Virus record (IMG/VR): IMGVR_UViG_3300042465_007798
Span: 1 to 35,553 of that record
Source of the DNA: a virus
Taxonomy: Duplodnaviria; Caudoviricetes
Length of the DNA stretch: 35,553 nt
Reading direction: 5' to 3' (one strand)
The translations under genes were made by a program, and so were the position numbers. The notes beneath the pieces are model-generated. The model made no database searches. It saw only the letters and a list, made by a program, of their open reading frames with translations, and was not told the DNA's origin. Of this stretch, positions 33,203 to 35,553 are shown piece by piece; position 1 is the stretch's first letter, and every line of letters starts with the position of its first letter.

Positions 33203-35435
33203 CATTGTCAGATCGGTCAGTTGGCTTAAAAATAGGTGCCGGGACCTTGGTATCGTTTAGTGCGTTGATCAGGGTTTTGTCAATTGAGGCACGGTTTATT
33301 GTGCCCGACACTGACTCTGCTACACTACTACCGCCAGTAAGTCCAGCTAGTTTATTTGTTACAAAATTTGTAGCAAATTGTGCACTTTTAATAGTGGCAG
33401 ATATAGCTTTGTTTAAATCAGCGGGTGCAACGCCTTTAACAAAAGACCCGGCAGCGGCTACGCCAAATTTTGTTGCTGTTTGTACCAAGCCCGACAGTTG
33501 TTGCGGAGCTTCAGTTCCAGTGACTAATCCGGCAGCTTTCATGCCAGTTAATGTAGTGCTCATAAATTGTTGTTGCATGGTATTTTGTAATCCTGGATTG
33601 CTGAGTATTGCCGGTAGTCCAACTACTCCATTTTTACCTGACCATAATGTTGGTGACGCTAAAATAGTGCCAAGAGATTTGCCTTGTGACAATTGTGCTT
33701 GTATGCTTTTTCCAGCACCAGGTTTCAAAAAGCCTGCGCTTTCAAGCTGTGCTGGCTGAAATCCGTATTGGCCAATACCTTTGGTTGTGCTCACTGCATT
33801 TGCAGCCTGACCAACTGATGTTTTAGCTTGGGCCAACAAACCAGTTACTTGATTTTTATCAAGACTACCAACGTTGGCGGTGGCCAACGGAGTATCTAGC
33901 ACTGCGGCAGCGTCAACTGCGTTTGTTACTGGCTCACTGGCTGCATTACCTAATGCGGCTTCTACTTGAGGGCTAGGCGTTGAAGGGGTATCGCCATCAT
34001 AGTTAACTGAAACTGCCACACCTTTGTTGTGATAGGGATAAGGTTCGTGTGTGGGTGCTCGAGTCACGATGGTTTTAATTGCGCCTGGCTCCGCCTGCCA
34101 ACCCGATGCACCATTGAATTGTGTCCCGTCAAGACTGTATTCTTTGATGGGCTTGATTGCATCAACGTTTTCTGGCGATCCACTGTTGAGATTAATGGGT
34201 TGTGCTTGCAAATTAAGTTCGCCACTGCATTTCCACCCCCCTGATGCACCTTGTAAAACAACTGCACCGTCAGCTAAAATTCCTATTTTGGCTTTGCTGT
34301 ATATTTTAAAATCTTCCACACTAGAAATCCCCATAATGCCTTGACTTTCAATTTGGACATTTTTTCCTCTAATGTTTAAATTTTCGCCAGCATTGATGTT
34401 GATGTCTTTGTCAGCATGCAAATTAATTGACCCTTGTGTTCGAACATTAACTGAATTACTAGAGTAAACATCCACTGTGCCTTCGCTGCCAAATTCTAAC
34501 CAGGTTGATCCATTGGCGTGAATAATATAAAAGCAATCAGCATCGTCACTCATGGTGATCTGATGGCCTTTGCTGGTTCTTATTCTAATTAAATTGTCTT
34601 CGCCCTGAAGATCACCATCGTCCATGACCAATGTATGGCCGCCGCGACGTCCTTCAATTTTTGTGTCAGCCAGGTTGACTGCTCCTGACGCTACCCGGGC
34701 TTTGATGTCTTTTTCATCAAGTCCGCCTTGATAGATTGGACGTCCGGGAGTGCTGATACCAAACACTGTGCTGGGGCTTTCTCTTTGCGCATTGCTGGTT
34801 ATTGGGCCGCGCACATTGTCACCCAATAGACCTTGGTTGGCCATGATAGCAAAAACATAGCTGTGTATTGGCTTGGGCTGAGTAAAGAATCTAGGATTGC
34901 TTTCTATGTTTGCATTATAAAAGTTGGCTTCAACCACTGGTAACTGTGTTGCTTTGGCACCGGCAATAAGACTCTTTTGTTCAGCGTTTTGTGCAACATA
35001 ATTTTTTGAAGCGCCGATGGCCGGCAACATATGATTTGCACCACTGTCTGGCACACATCCAATGTAGTAACCTTGATTGGGATCTCCGGCCACAAAGAAA
35101 CAAATCACAGACACACCAAGGTCAGGTGGTGTAAACCACATGCCGTAGCTTTGCTGGTTGCCTTTGTAACTACCGGCTCCAGCTGTAGTACTTGCATTAT
35201 TTTTTGGAGTGAGTCCGTAAAATGGCGGAATGTAGTTTACTGTTCGCCACAAACTTTTATCAGCAGGATTTTTCCCGCCAAATTGTTCAATGTAAACTTG
35301 TAGGCGGCCAGCACGGGTTGGGTCAACATTGTTTTTTACCACACCAATATACGGTCCAAATTCTGTGGGTACTCCACCACGATCAAATTTATAAGATGCG
35401 CCTCGGCCTTGGCTTCGTTGTATGTTATTTGACAT
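33198..35435 (-). CDS. Baseplate central spike, gp5/VgrG-like, with C-terminal extension
   Basis: N-terminal OB-fold pattern GVVKNNVDPTRAGRLQV...PPDLGVSVICFF...GYYIG, then RTSKGHQITMSD and beta-helix repeats (INLHADKDININAGENLNIRG). Lies upstream of gp25. Confidence 0.85.
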   Translation of the reverse strand: MSNNIQRSQGRGASYKFDRGGVPTEFGPYIGVVKNNVDPTRAGRLQVYIEQFGGKNPADKSLWRTVNYIPPFYGLTPKNNASTTAGAGSYKGNQQSYGMWFTPPDLGVSVICFFVAGDPNQGYYIGCVPDSGANHMLPAIGASKNYVAQNAEQKSLIAGAKATQLPVVEANFYNANIESNPRFFTQPKPIHSYVFAIMANQGLLGDNVRGPITSNAQRESPSTVFGISTPGRPIYQGGLDEKDIKARVASGAVNLADTKIEGRRGGHTLVMDDGDLQGEDNLIRIRTSKGHQITMSDDADCFYIIHANGSTWLEFGSEGTVDVYSSNSVNVRTQGSINLHADKDININAGENLNIRGKNVQIESQGIMGISSVEDFKIYSKAKIGILADGAVVLQGASGGWKCSGELNLQAQPINLNSGSPENVDAIKPIKEYSLDGTQFNGASGWQAEPGAIKTIVTRAPTHEPYPYHNKGVAVSVNYDGDTPSTPSPQVEAALGNAASEPVTNAVDAAAVLDTPLATANVGSLDKNQVTGLLAQAKTSVGQAANAVSTTKGIGQYGFQPAQLESAGFLKPGAGKSIQAQLSQGKSLGTILASPTLWSGKNGVVGLPAILSNPGLQNTMQQQFMSTTLTGMKAAGLVTGTEAPQQLSGLVQTATKFGVAAAGSFVKGVAPADLNKAISATIKSAQFATNFVTNKLAGLTGGSSVAESVSGTINRASIDKTLINALNDTKVPAPIFKPTDRSDNA

Positions 35436-35445
35436 TGTTTAACTC

Positions 35446-35553
35446 TTATTGATCTTTTACTATGCCAGTATTGGCAGTGACATTAATACCTGGCAACGCT
35501 ACACCTGCGTAGTTGTTGGTGCCTGATGCAAATGCAGACCTAGCAATTTCCAA
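35446..35553 (-). CDS. 3' end of an upstream gene (partial), probably a tail/baseplate hub protein
   Basis: Open frame ...LEIARSAFASGTNNYAGVALPGINVTANTGIVKDQ* ends with TAA at 35448-35446, 10 nt before the gp5-like ATG. Product is guessed from context only. Confidence 0.5.
   Translation of the reverse strand: MEIARSAFASGTNNYAGVALPGINVTANTGIVKDQ

Noticed and set aside
29275-35435. Bacterial T6SS or eCIS locus (VgrG/gp25/baseplate)
   Set aside because: T4-late-type promoters, a T4 gp6-like wedge, tail-fibre genes and dense single-strand packing point to a phage. No Tss or Afp accessory genes are seen.
1295-35452. The many other short plus-strand and nested ORFs in the track
   Set aside because: All overlap long, motif-bearing minus-strand genes and show no recognisable motifs.
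1-35553. Alternative genetic code (TAG recoding), since none of the 20 visible gene ends uses TAG as first stop
   Set aside because: The standard code already gives full-length, gapless genes, including a 4788-aa ORF with no in-frame TAG. This is consistent with simple TAG avoidance, not reassignment.
1-35553. CRISPR arrays, tRNAs, introns/inteins, DGR or other nucleotide-level repeats
   Set aside because: Intergenic gaps are at most ~70 nt and no such signatures were seen by eye. The repeats found are at protein level only. A computational repeat or covariance scan was not possible.

Overview
Phage DNA, most likely a large T4-like myovirus, with every real gene on the minus strand. The right ~24 kb (11673-35553) is a baseplate/tail module: a gp5-like spike, gp25-like and gp6-like wedge proteins, a 4788-aa multidomain virion protein and tail-fibre-like proteins, punctuated by T4-late-type xATAAATA motifs. 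A palindromic terminator and an overlapping sigma70-like promoter (~11607-11654) separate it from a gapless, translationally coupled operon (11602 to <1). That operon encodes two small proteins, four predicted glycosyltransferases and at least six radical SAM enzymes carrying an N-terminal twitch/SPASM-like Fe-S domain. The sixth radical SAM gene (<1-1174) is missing from the ORF track. This glycosyltransferase plus multi-radical-SAM cassette is the best candidate for an undescribed system, possibly glycan synthesis and radical tailoring of virion proteins, DNA or host surface. All function calls come from motif reading only, with no searches run. No tRNA, rRNA, CRISPR array or mobile element was seen.
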